A stretch of DNA of 63,641 nucleotides, the filler included, from Octopus bimaculoides (taxonomy: Eukaryota): assembly GCF_001194135.2 (NCBI RefSeq). It is 5 parts of 4 records of this genome, joined end to end, with 100 filler letters (N's around TTAATTAATTAA, not from the genome) between each part and the next. Parts side by side here need not be neighbours in the genome. Positions count along the whole stretch, not along the records: positions 33,029 to 58,035 come from NC_068982.1; 4 more parts are not named here. One strand, written 5' to 3'. The translations under genes were made by a program, and so were the position numbers. Below are positions 37,149 to 49,022 of this stretch, one piece after another. The notes under the pieces were generated by a model. That model saw only the letters and a list, made by a program, of their open reading frames with translations, was not told where the DNA came from and made no database searches. Each line of letters opens with the position of its first letter. Position 1 is the stretch's first letter.

Positions 37149-37554
37149 NNNNNNNNNNNNNNNNNNNNNNNNNNNNNNNNNNNNNNNNNNNNNNNNNNNN
37201 NNNNNNNNNNNNNNNNNNNNNNNNNNNNNNNNNNNNNNNNNNNNNNNNNNNNNNNNNNNNNNNNNNNNNNNNNNNNNNNNNNNNNNNNNNNNNNNNNNNN
37301 NNNNNNNNNNNNNNNNNNNNNNNNNNNNNNNNNNNNNNNNNNNNNNNNNNNNNNNNNNNNNNNNNNNNAAATTTTGAAGCAAACACATAATTTTCTTATG
37401 GTTTCTTAAACATTCACTAGAACAAAACTGTACAAATCCAAATATATGGTACCCTAGGCATAACACCTACATGAACTTCTAACTTGTTGTCTCTTGAGGT
37501 CTCTGGGTGAGACTTGGATCCAACTTGTACAAATGCAAAACAAAAGTCAAACAT

Positions 37555-37556
37555 AA

Positions 37557-37636
<80 letters not shown>

Positions 37637-37652
37637 TGATGATGATGATGAT
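37555..37652. repeat. (AAT)n-(GAT)n microsatellite
   Basis: Seen directly. Confidence 0.95.
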
Positions 37653-38221
37653 AATCCATGTTAAACTTTATGCATATCACATATACATTGGTGATAGGTT
37701 ATCGTAGAGAAGATACCCACTGCAAAATTTCTTATCTATGGTATTAGAGAGGACATGAGATACTTGAAAAATAATTAATATGCTGAGGTTACTTTAGATA
37801 AAATAAACACTACAACGTTGATTAATTCCATGCTTCTGTGTAAGAACTGTAAACCCTAAGTAAAGGGTGAATATATACATGCCGTTTTCTCTTCCCATTT
37901 ATCATAAATAAAAGCAGAATACCTCTCGTTTCAAAGCCAAGCCTTGCATTTCTTTAATTCCACTGGCAAAATGCAACACAGGACCAATTACCCAGCAAGT
38001 TTGGGACCGGAAGTGTCCCGGATTTTTTAATCTCCCAGTTTTCTAGAGACAGTTTAAATATGTACTTAAAATATAAAATTATGTAAAGAGCTAAATTGTG
38101 TAAAATTATGTAAAGAGCTAAATTGTATTTAACATTTAAATTAGTACACTTCTAAAACAAGGTCTGTTTGATATTTATTAATTGACTTAAATTTTTTTTT
38201 AGTATATTATACTGTACCATG

Positions 38222-38597
38222 AGTGGAGGCGCAATGGCCCAGTGGTTAGGGCAGCGGACTTGCGGTCATAGGATCGCGGTTTCGATTCCCAGACCAGGCG
38301 TTGTGAGTGTTTATTGAGCGAAAACACCTAAAGCTCCACGAGGCTCCGGCAGGGGATGGTGGCGAACCCTGCTGTACTCTTCCACCACAACTTTCTCTCA
38401 CTCTTACTTCCTGTTTCTGTTGTGCCTGTAATTCAAAGGGTCAGCCTTGTCACACTGTGTCACGCTGAATATCCCCGAGAACTACGTTAAGGGTACACGT
38501 GTCTGTGGAGTGGTCACGTTAATTTCACGAGCAGGCTGTTCCGTTGATCGGATCAACTGGAACCCTCGACGTCGTAAGCGACGGAGTGCCAACAACA
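38222..38597 (+). mobile_element. Full-length young tRNA-derived SINE (family C) with 11-bp TSD
   Basis: A box TGGCCCAGTGG, B box GGTTTCGATTCCC, (CAA)n tail; ACTGTACCATG duplicated at 38211-38221 and 38598-38608. Confidence 0.92.
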
Positions 38598-39149
38598 ACT
38601 GTACCATGTACACAGTATAATGTTTATAGGGTGAAAATTAAATGAAAAAAAGTAAAGAGCACGATCTTATTTAACAGTTATAGGTTAAAATTAATACACT
38701 TATAAATAGTCAAGTATGTTCAACCTTTATCAACGCACTTTAGAAAATAAAGAACAAAACTATTTAAACACACCGTATACAAATTTACCAACTTCAAAAA
38801 CAGGGCCCGTTTACTCAATACAGAGTACAGTATATTGCATGATTATTCCACAATACTCCCGGATTTCTGCTAATTCCAGAATTTCTGGAAGCCGGATAAG
38901 AAGTCCGGCACTGTATTATATTTCATATCAATTCAAGTAAAATATGTCAGAATAATTTCCCTTAGCTATGTAGATTTTAAAAACTAATTCAACAATATCC
39001 CTTTTGTAGTATTTTTAGTTTTAGTGTCACGGTAATAAACACAGCCTATCCCTTTCCTTTGGGTCAATGTACTCAAAGAAACCAGTTTTCAGAGTTATGC
39101 GTTCGCTTAGTGCACCAGGAAAAACTGGAACACATCTTTCTTACACATG

Positions 39150-39320
39150 CACACACACACACGACAGGATTCCACGCTGTTTCTGTTTACCAAATTCACT
39201 GACAGACCTTTGCTCGGACCGAGCTGGAACTCTAGTAAAAGACACCTAGTCAAGGTGTTTCGCGTTGGTGCTAGACCTTAAACCATGTGATTGTAAGCGA
39301 GCTTCTTAACAGCCGTAGTT
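39150..39320 (-). mobile_element. SINE family B 5' part
   Basis: TTTCTGTTTACCAAATTCAC..CAAGGTGTT..AAACCATGTGATTG..GCTTCTTAAC. Confidence 0.65.
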
Positions 39321-39539
39321 ACGAAATGTTAAAACGTCCATTACTGTTTTCTAGGAGATGGGAACTTAAAATATTGCGTTGCAGTAAAATGTTAGTTTGT
39401 GCTTTCGCAACCGTTACTTCAAGAAAAATCCCAAGTTTCGTACAAAAGATCGAATACAAAATCCTAATTTGTTTACAGTGAATTTGCGAAATCTTTAAAA
39501 CGTTGGGATAAATGTCCTATGGTATTATTTGTTCCGTGT

Positions 39540-39760
39540 TAAGGCGGTGAGCTGACAGGATTGTTCGCTTACCAAACAAAATGCTTAGCAGCATTTCGCC
39601 CAGCTTAACGTTTTGGATTCAAACAACACTGAGGTCAACTTTGTCTTTCATTCTTTCAGGGTCAATAAAATAACTACAAGTGGAGCACTAGTGTCGATGT
39701 AATCGACTAGCCTCTTCTCCCAAATTTTCAGGTCTTGTTCCTATAATAGGAAAGATTATT
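39540..39760 (+). mobile_element. SINE family A (tail-2)
   Basis: AAGGCGGTGAGCTG..GTGTCGATGTAATCGACT..CAGGTCTTGTTCCTATAATAGGAAAGATTATT. Confidence 0.8.
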
Positions 39761-39969
39761 GTTCCAAGTTTTTACATTCTCAGTTCAAATCCCGCTACGC
39801 TCAACTTAGTCTCTCCTATCCCACCTGGGTTGATAACATAATAAAGTATTAGTCCAGACTTGGGGTTGGTGGTATCGACTAATCTTTCCAATAAAAGATC
39901 TTTGTTAACAGTTATAAATAACAACACAGTAATTTTTAGAAGTTAATTATATTCTTTCTCCTTTTTTAG

Positions 39970-40037
39970 GTAATAACATCGCCAATAAAGCAGTGCGGAT
40001 CTGTTAACAAGGAAGCTCTGACTACATACATATAATG
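39970..40037 (+). CDS. Candidate exon ending in ATG (5'UTR + start codon, or a stop-interrupted coding exon)
   Basis: Acceptor TATTCTTTCTCCTTTTTTAG; donor ATG|GTATGT; A at -3 of the ATG. Confidence 0.4.
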
Positions 40038-40084
40038 GTATGTTCATTACATTAATATTTCATTTATCCTCGTTAGGTATGGAT

Positions 40085-40445
40085 GTGTAGGCGCAGGCAT
40101 GGCTGTATTCTAAGAAGTTTGTTTCCCAACCACATGGTTCCGTGTCCAGTCCTACTACGTGGCACATTGGGTGTCTTCTACTATAGCCTCGGGCTGACCA
40201 AAGCTTTGTGAGTGGATTTGGTATACGAAAGCTGAAAGGAGCTCGTCGTGTGTGTGACCACTTGACAACCGGTGTTGATGTGTTTATGTCTTTGTGACTT
40301 AGCAGTTCGGCAAAAGAGAACGATAGAATGTATACCAGGCTTAAAAGAATAAGTACTGGGGTCGATTCATTCGAGTAAAAATTCTTCAAGATGGTACCCC
40401 AGCATGGCCGCAGTCTAATGATTGAAACAAGTGAAAAATAAAAAG
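40085..40445 (+). mobile_element. SINE family B, near full length
   Basis: GGCGCAGGCATGGCTG..GGGTCGATTCATTCGA..CATGGCCGCAGTCTAATGA. Confidence 0.85.
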
Positions 40446-41073
40446 ATATCAGGTTACGTCCGTGCGGCCCTGATAAGCCTTCAAAAAGGAAAGGGTGTAT
40501 TTGGTAATCAGTAACAAATTTATTCTTAAGAATCACGGATTTTGCCTTGTACTTAGGAGCTCTAAAGAGCTTGTCAGTATAAACAAAGAAATATGTAATG
40601 AATAAAGGAGTGGACATAGAAAAGATTTGTAGTATCAAATATATTCAGAATGAAACATGCCAACTGATGTTGAGAAGCAAGGCTCTAATGCATGTATGGA
40701 TGAATGTGCGCGTACGCACACACACACATTGTTGTATCTCGGTAGGATCACTATATCAATAATAAACACACGCACTGTTTTTCTTTCACTTTGTTTTTAT
40801 ATTTGTCAAATGGTTAACAAATGAAAAATAAAGAAATGAGAAAAAAAAGCAGTGCGTATTGTTTATTATTGGCATAATGACCTCCCGAGATGCAACAATA
40901 TGTTTCAACACACGAGTTCGCATCAAGAATCTTGCAAACCAAATACTGTATATATATATATATATATATATATATNNNNNNNNNNNNNNNNNNNNNNNNN
41001 NNNNNNNNNNNNNNNNNNNNNNNNNNNNNNNNNNNNNNNNNNNNNNNNNNNNNNNNNNNNNNNNNNNNNNNNN

Positions 41074-41400
41074 NCCCAGGACTTATTCTTTGTAAGCCTA
41101 GTACTTATTCTATCGGTCTCTTTTACCGAACCGCTAAGTTACAGGGACGTAAACACACCACCATCGGTTGTCAAGCGATTTGGGGGGGGACAAACACAGA
41201 CACACAAACATATACGCACACATATATATACATATATATGACGGGCTTCTTTCAGTTTCCGTCTACCAAATCCACTCACAAGGCTTTGGTCGGCCCGAGG
41301 CTACAGTAGAAGACACTTGCCCAAGGTGCCACGCTGTGGGAATGAACCCAGAACCATGTGGTTGCTAAGCAAGCTACTTACCACACAGCCACTCCTGCGC
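41074..41400 (-). mobile_element. SINE family B
   Basis: Near-consensus reverse copy ending at CTTACCACACAGCCACTCCTGCGCC. Confidence 0.9.
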
Positions 41401-42114
41401 CTAAAGAAAAGGTTAACAGGTACTTCTAAGTTTCGACTTACTGGCCGTACATCTTCTTTGTGTGTTTGACGGGTAGCTAGCTGCAGTTGCAGGAGTAGTT
41501 GTTATTTAAATTGTTGCGGTCGTATACGACGAAAAGGATGTTAAGAAAGACCTAGTGTTGAGAGGAGAATAGCCCGAAGCAAATTTAGCCTGTGGTTAAA
41601 CTGTTGTCTCCCTTGTTGTCATGTCAGTTGGATGGCAAAACGCCAACTTCTCAAAATGAACTCCCTATGTCTGCTTATATTGTGGAGGTAAGCGGGTGAT
41701 TTAATGAGAAGTCGAGAAGAACCTTCGAAACCAGTTTTCCTGCCTCCATCTCAGATAACATAATAGAAATAAGATAGAAATATGCCGAGATCCGTTATCA
41801 GCGAATCGAAAGATAAGATGAGGTCTCGGCAAGATTTCCGTTCATGTCACTAGTCATCCTTGATCGAGCATACCTATTATCAAATGTCTGGCATCTGTGA
41901 CCATCTAGTCTTGTTAAGAGTTATCTCGGATTATGTTTGAGATGGTACCATGTGATTTTAGTAAGATTAGTGTAGATATTTCTAGCAGGTCGAGTGGCCA
42001 GCTAGATGCTCCTTTGTTGGTTTAATGAAATATAATATTGTCTAGTGTAGCATGGTAGGACAGAAGTGCTATGTGGTATAGAATAATAGATTCATCCCCC
42101 TTGAGTAGTTTGAC

Positions 42115-42365
42115 GATGTCCCACATAGACCCGCTGGAGTTGTCAATCAATGATGTCTTGAATTTCCTGGACGACTTTGACCATCCTGATTAAATCTGGC
42201 CGCTGAGAATGATTTCTTTTTCTTAGCCAAGAATGATATCTTCCTGCCATATGCTTCCAAGTGTTTTCCACCCCTGAGCACAATGTACCCTATCACTTTC
42301 AAGAAGGTAGCGATCCCCAAGTCGCTGTGATTGGCAGCTGGAACCACGAGAGGACGGCGGGCCTA
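42115..42365 (+). mobile_element. Possible DIRS-type tyrosine recombinase relic
   Basis: IDPLELSINDVLNFL resembles the YR N-terminal domain; FFFLAKND in another frame resembles the FLAKNE motif; stops present. Confidence 0.35.
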
Positions 42366-42702
42366 TTCAGTTACTGTATCATACTGGGATCTACTATGTT
42401 GATATCGTTAAAATGACTGAAACAGATATGAGAAAGTTGAAAATTAGGCACGACTACATAGCATTGCGTTATGTTCTGTTCTAACTATGGCCTACTAAAG
42501 TTTGTTTACAGATAATGTATATGATATGATATAATATAAGATACATTCTAATATAGCATAATAATAATAATCTATATGTATATGTGTGCACGTGCATGTA
42601 TGTTCACACACAAATACACGCTTATATATTGATACATAGCACCCATCTAAATTGTATGTAAATAAGTTTCTTATTTGGGTTAAATATTTAATACTCTGCA
42701 GT

Positions 42703-43085
42703 GTGGAGGCGCAATGGCCCAGTTGTTAGGGCAGCGGATTCGCGGTCATAGGATCACGGTTTCGATTCCCAGACCGGGCGTTGTGAGTGCTTATTGAGCG
42801 AAAACACCTAAAGCTCCACGAGGCTCCGGCAGGGGATGGTGGCGAACCCTGCTGTACTCTTCCACCACAACTTTCTCTCACTCTTACTTCCTGTTTCTGT
42901 TGTACCTGTAATTCAAAGGGTCAGCCTTGTCACACTGTGTCACGCTGAATATCCCCGAGAACTACGTTAAGGGTACACGTGTCTGTGAAGTGCTCAGCCA
43001 CTTGCACGTTAATTTCAGGTGCAGGCTGTTCCGTTGATCGGATCGACTGGAACCCTCGTCGTCGTAAGCGACGGAGTGCCAACAA
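42703..43085 (+). mobile_element. tRNA-derived SINE family C, full-length
   Basis: Near-identical to the 38222 copy from GTGGAGGCGCAATGG to GGAGTGCCAACA. Confidence 0.92.
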
Positions 43086-43117
43086 GTGTATAGTGTAAAA
43101 AATCACTTTTGCTGCTA

Positions 43118-43159
<42 letters not shown>

Positions 43160-43204
43160 CGCGTGTGCGTGCATGCATGCGTGAGTGAGTGTGCGTTTTA
43201 TATT

Positions 43205-43665
43205 TTCTAGATTCGTTCTAAGGTTGCGATCTGACAGAATCGTTAGCGCGTCGAACAAAATGCTTGGTGCATTTCTTCTGGCTTTACGTTCTGAATTCAA
43301 CTGTCGCCGAGGTCGACCTTGCCTTTCATCCTTTCAGGATCAAAGAAATAAGTATCAATTGAACACTGGGATCAATGTAATCGATTTGTCCCCTCTTCAA
43401 AATTTCAGAATATTATTATTACTATTGTTGTTGTTGTTGTTATTGTTGTTGAAGGCTGCGAGCTGGCAGAATCGTTAGCATGCCGAGCAAAATGCTTAGC
43501 GGCATTTCGTTCATCTCTATATTCTGAGTTCATATTACGCCGAGGTTCACGTTGCCTTTCATCCTTCCTGTGTCGATAAAGAAAGTACCAGTTGTATACT
43601 TGGGTCGGCTTACCCGCTTCTTCGAAAATGGCTGGCCTTGTGTCAAAATTTGAAATATATTTTTG
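43205..43665 (+). mobile_element. Two tandem SINE family A copies
   Basis: Heads at about 43220 and 43452, separated by an (ATT)/(GTT) tract. Confidence 0.75.
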
Positions 43666-43717
43666 CATATTGTTGTTGCTGTTGTAAATTTTTGTCCTTT
43701 TTTTTTTTGTTTTTCAG

Positions 43718-43825
43718 AACCACTGTAATTCGTCCGACATCACACACGATGACCAATTTAACATAATCGGGGATAGGTTACAACAATTAAAGAGATTGTT
43801 ACCGTTACTACATTTTCACAGTCTG
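43718..43825 (+). CDS. Candidate 108-nt phase-0/0 exon, NHCNSSDITHDDQFNIIGDRLQQLKRLLPLLHFHSL
   Basis: Long poly-T acceptor ending TTTTCAG; donor CTG|GTGAGT; only one frame is open; no recognised homology. Confidence 0.5.
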
Positions 43826-44469
43826 GTGAGTTATTCTCCATGTGTACTTTTTGTTTTGTTTCGTGTGTGTGTGCGCGCGCGTGTCTATCTTATGTTTGAT
43901 GGATGACATGAAGTTTTTTTTTTTTTTGGTGGTGGTGCTGATGGTGATGGTTCCAAATCGGCGCTGATAGAACAATATCTCGTATAATCAAAAGTACCCC
44001 AGACGTTTTTCACTTTTGAGAACGTTGGCAAAGCATGGTTGTTGCAAAGTTGCCTTTTTCTGGATTCTACTGCACTCATTGACCGGGTTCTCAGCAATTC
44101 ACATTCTAATGAACTTAAACGTGAATCATGAAAATATAGTTTCTCTCAAAACCACCATAGTACATAGTACAGTAATTACACACACCAAGGAACCAATTTT
44201 TACCTTTCCGATGCACAATCGTACGACTGAAAACCTCAAATTTGCGTGTATGCAAAAAATGGGACAAGAACGCAAAACATCCAGATAGATGATACAACAG
44301 AGGGACAAGAAAAAACGAGGGCGGGTCATTCGAAGTTTTCTTTCCTCAGTCGAGTTCCAGATTATCTTTGCAATTTCGGCTGGTTATACTCGAGATTGCT
44401 CCAATCTGGTCAGCCCCAAGGAAAAACTAAGCTAAGAGCATTAGGACGAATTAAATTAAGCTGGCGTGT

Positions 44470-44880
44470 GTGAAAGTGAATCTTAGTATCCTAATCTCAA
44501 ATGATCTTTCACGGAGACTACACAACTATAAAAGTACTAAATCAACATCTCCAAAGCTAGACATCCTCCTCAGTGCTAGAAGATACTTTAGCCCTGACCA
44601 GCTACTGAATCTCTTCAAGAATAAGCGCGAATCACGCCTCTGGTGTGGTGCTGCAGTTTCATGTACGCACACCTAAGATTGCTTCTCTTTAAAAAATATA
44701 CAGAAAAAAGAAAATGTAAAAAACAAGGACCATATCCATCTCATTGGTTAAGACTGCCTTCATCGACAACTTATAACAACTTGCGTTGTTTACTGTCTGA
44801 CTCTTCTGTCGCTCCTCCAACGGCTCTACTCACTCTGAACAGGCAAGTTGAATGTTATCTCCATCTAACCCCGACCTAGC
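44470..44880 (+). mobile_element. Jockey/CR1-group LINE RT C-terminal relic
   Basis: ORF 44470-44676 LSILISNDLSRRLH..KLDILLSARRYFSPDQLLNLFK resembles the RT thumb region of Jockey/CR1-type LINEs. Confidence 0.6.
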
Positions 44881-44914
44881 ATCATTTCTCCCTATATCTC
44901 ACTTATTATATATA

Positions 44915-45128
44915 TATGTGTGTGTGTATGTGTTTGTCCCCCCAACATCGCTTGACAACCGATGCTGGTGTGTTTACGTCCCCGTAACATAGCGGTTCAG
45001 CAAAAGAGACCAATAGAATAATTAATAGGCTTCCAAAGAATAAGTCCTGGGGTCGATTTGTTCGACTAAAGGCGGTGCTCCAGCATGGCCACAGTCAAAA
45101 GACTGAAACAAGTAAAAGAGTAAAGAGT
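44915..45128 (+). mobile_element. SINE family B 3' half
   Basis: TTTGTCCCCCAACATCGCTTGACAACCGATG..AAACAAGTAAAAGAGTAAAGAG. Confidence 0.9.
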
Positions 45129-45479
45129 ACTAAAATCTTCAATAAACCCTTTACCCAATCTTTCTACTCCAGAATATATTCCCCTGAAATTCCTCCAAGT
45201 AAATAAAAAGTATGCTCAAATTATTGTTGAGCATACAAATTATTGTTGAGCATACAAATATAGTTGAGCATACGAGTTGGTTTTATCACTAAATCAACTG
45301 ATCACAGTATAATGAAACCGTACAAAGAAATCTGAAGATAACTTCATTTAGTTTCTCCAAACCATCACTCAGCTAGTGATAATTGCAGATTATAATTCAA
45401 CTGTTTAAACATTGAAACAGTTTGAATCAACGAAAACTTGCCCATGTACTACTAGTTCGTCTACGATTAAGGTTGTTTT

Positions 45480-45690
45480 TATTGGCTTCTAATTTTAGCA
45501 CAAGGCCAATAATTCCTGGGGAGTTGGTAAGTCAATTACATCGATCACCAGTACTCAACTGGTACTTATTTTATCGACCCCAAAAGAATAAAAAGGTAAA
45601 GTCGTCTCCGGCAGAATTTGAACTCAGAACGTAAAGAAAAGCGCTAAACATTTTACCCGGGGTGCTAACGATTCTGCCAGTTTGCCTTTT
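45480..45690 (-). mobile_element. SINE family A
   Basis: GCACAAGGCC..GTCAATTACATCGATC..GAATTTGAACTCAGAACGT..ACGATTCTGCCAG. Confidence 0.8.
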
Positions 45691-46008
45691 TAATTACCAA
45701 CTATAATATTAATTATAATTTCTACAAGGGCAGTGGATAGGCTATTACAAGTACGTTTTCAAAAAGTGTGTATATGTGGTGATGGTGGTAGTAGTGGTGG
45801 TGGTGGTGGTGGTGGTGGTGTGTGGAGGGGAAGGGTTACACAAAAATCGAATGAATGGAAAGTGACAGCATACACTGCATGCATTTAAATGATAAAGTTC
45901 CGGGAGGAGAACTGCCACCTAGAGCCAATATAGGAACCCTGCAGATCCAGGATTACTCTTGACTAGCAAGAGCATGTAGCCTCAAACACGATTAAATTTC
46001 ACTGACAG

Positions 46009-46021
46009 AATTCAACAGATG
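46009..46021 (+). CDS. Candidate 13-nt microexon (NSTD)
   Basis: TTTCACTGACAG|AATTCAACAGATG|GTAAGA; phase 0 to 1 bridges the neighbouring candidates. Confidence 0.25.
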
Positions 46022-47914
46022 GTAAGATTGGTTATCATTGAGCGCGTTATCAAATATTAAGTATATTATTTACAGTATCATGTGCATATTTTTAAAAAAA
46101 ACCCGATTACGAGCATGCATGTATAGAAATTATACACACTGGCATTCCCATATGCGCGTAACAGACACACACGTATACATACAGTAGTTTAATACATATG
46201 GGTGTCTGTGTATTTATGTATATTATTTAGATATATTGATACATATGCACACAGAAATGTGTGTACATTTATGGAACTGTTCATGTACAAATATTCCTCC
46301 GAATAAAGCCATGTCTATTTATTGAACAGATTTCAGCCATCCCTGCTGTGACCCTGTTGAGTTTGCTTTTGTTTGTCTCCGTGCGCGCGCATGTACATGT
46401 ACGTGTCTGTGTACGTATGTGTGTACGTGTGTGTCTGTGTGTGTGTGCGTGCGTGCGTGTGTGTGTGTGTATGTGTGTGTGTGTGTGTGTGTGAACATTT
46501 TATCAGTTTAAACATATGTACTCACGTACATCCGTTCATTCAACCATCCATGTATACAAACACAAATACATATATAACTAAATGCAAAGAAGTAGACACA
46601 TATAGCTTCTGTTTTAAGTACATACTTATTCCACATATATACCAACCCACAAAGTTGTTTAGTTGTTAGTAAGGAACAGAAGTGAAATAGCAACGTGGTC
46701 CCTGACAAATTAGATAATCTACAATATTATGTTTCATGCTCCAAATGAAGAAATGTACTTTGATTGTAAACGCACCGAAAACAAGCGACAGAGAGGGGAT
46801 TCAAGTGGACGTTCATGGTGCTAGAAATAACAGCGAAATTTCCTTCAAATCATATACACATACCCACTATCTTAGAAAAGATTTCGTTAGATAACGTAGA
46901 ACACTGTTCTATGCACAAAGGATAAGATGAAATATCCACAGCTGAGGTCTGCTCGATAAGGGCTATTGTTCTGGTTTTGTCCCGTATTTAAACTAGGCCT
47001 GATCGAAGAAGAAGACCTATAATCATATTTAGGGCGCTACTTGAGGGTGTTTTGGCTGATACTTTTAGTAGGTCGATCGATAGACCATGTAGAAGGTACT
47101 CCTTCGTTGGCATGACCAACAAACAAACAAACAAATATTGCAATTTAAAGATGTCACTATACTTCATCAGCGAACAATCATCATACGAGTCAAAGTAACT
47201 ACTGCAATTTCTGGGCGTCGGTGTTAATATACATCATCATCATCATCATCATCATCATTACCACCACCATCCAGTATCATTGTCATCATCACCACCACTA
47301 CCATCATCATCTTTATCATCACTGTCACCACCACTTCCACTGTCATCATCATCATCATCATCATCGTTTAAACTCGCACTTTTTTGTGCTTTCATGGTTC
47401 GAACGTAATTAGTTGAAGGTAGATTTCTACGACTGGATATTCTTCCTGTCGCCAACCCTCTCCTATTCCCAACTTTCATAGGAAGCTAATATTTCCTCGT
47501 GGCTGGACATGTTTTTCGCGGAAGACCGGAAACGAATGGCGCTGTCTGTATGATAGCTATACTCGTTTACAACTATCGCGCAATGTTAAGACAAGAAGAT
47601 ACTAACACTCACGATGAAATGGCCACGGCTGGAATAACTTTGATCATAGGTCTGCTCGATCAAGACTGACCTGCAGCCCCAAGTTAATCCTGGTCCAGTA
47701 GATCCATGATCGGAGGCTTTCCAGCAATGACTATCCCGCCATCTTTAATGATGTAGAATGTCTAACACTACACTATCCGTGTTCTGACTTTTGTTCAAGA
47801 TAGAAATGATAGAAGTCATTTAAGGGAGGTTAAGCTGCTCTTTCTAGCAGGTAGAGGTTTCCTGATTGGCTCGCCTGGTTGTGATTTTGTTCTTTCCGGT
47901 AATAAAATGCCTTA

Positions 47915-48560
47915 TCTTTTATCTTTTACTTGTTTCAGTCATTTGACTGCGGCCGTGCTGGAGCACCGCCTTGAAAGGTTTAGTTGAACAAATCGACCCC
48001 AGTACATTTTTAAAAGTCTGGTACTTAATCTATCGGTGCCTTATTGTCAAACCGCTGGTTACGGGGACGTAAACAAACCAACACTGGTTATCAAGCAGTG
48101 GTCTAACACAGACATAAACGCACACCCATATACAATAAACTTCTTTCCCATCTACCAAATCAGTTTCCTATTTCTTTATTGCCCACAAGGGAGCTAAACA
48201 TAGAGGGGACAAACAAGGACAGACAAACGGATTAAGTCGATTACATCGACCCCAGTGCGTAACTGGTACTTAATTTATCGACCCCGAAAGGATGAAAGGC
48301 GAAGTCGACCTCGGCGGAATTTGAACTCAGAACGTAACGGCAGATGAAATACCGCTAAGCATTTCGCCCGACATGCTAACGTTTCTGCCAGCTCGCTGTC
48401 TTCTACCAAATCAGTTTCCATCTACCAGATCCACTCATAAGGCTTTAGTTGGTCTGGGGCTATAGTAGAAGACACATGCCCAAGGTACTGTGCAGTGGGA
48501 CTGATCCTAGAACCATGTGGTTGGGAAGCAAACTTCTCGCCATACAATTACACTTACTCC
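47915..48560 (-). mobile_element. SINE family B with a nested family A copy (48169-48401; 18-bp flanking duplication)
   Basis: TCTACCAAATCAGTTTCC at 48151-48168 and 48402-48419 brackets a near-consensus tail-1 family A copy. Confidence 0.9.
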
Positions 48561-48821
48561 TCCATACAACCAGACCTGCGCTTTTTTTATGTCTATTTTC
48601 TTCTAGTTCTGATTCTCAGAAGTCGCTCTTTTCTCATCCTTATAAAATACCCTCAATACCCTCTACGCAGCTATCGGGTATATTCACCCGAAGTAGGTTA
48701 TCCTCTTGTAAATTATTCCCGGAATCTATTGTTACTTCGCGAATTCCTTACCTCTTCGCCGGCAGACATTATCAGCAAAACAGAATGACAGGAAAGTTAG
48801 ATTCTACTTGTTGTTGTTGTT

Positions 48822-48875
<54 letters not shown>

Positions 48876-49022
48876 GCCGCTCCTCTTCTTGCTGTTTAAC
48901 TCCGATCCAACCCTGGTTGAGCAGATCTCTGACCGAAGACCTTCCAGATAATTCTGTCATCAATTTTTGGTTTTTCTTATTTTTTTCGTATTTCTCCGTC
49001 ATAGTATATCTAGGACTACGTT

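Noticed and set aside
38222-38295. tRNA gene-like sequence with A and B boxes
   Set aside because: It is the head of a SINE with a body, (CAA)n tail and TSD, repeated three times; no proper acceptor stem seen.
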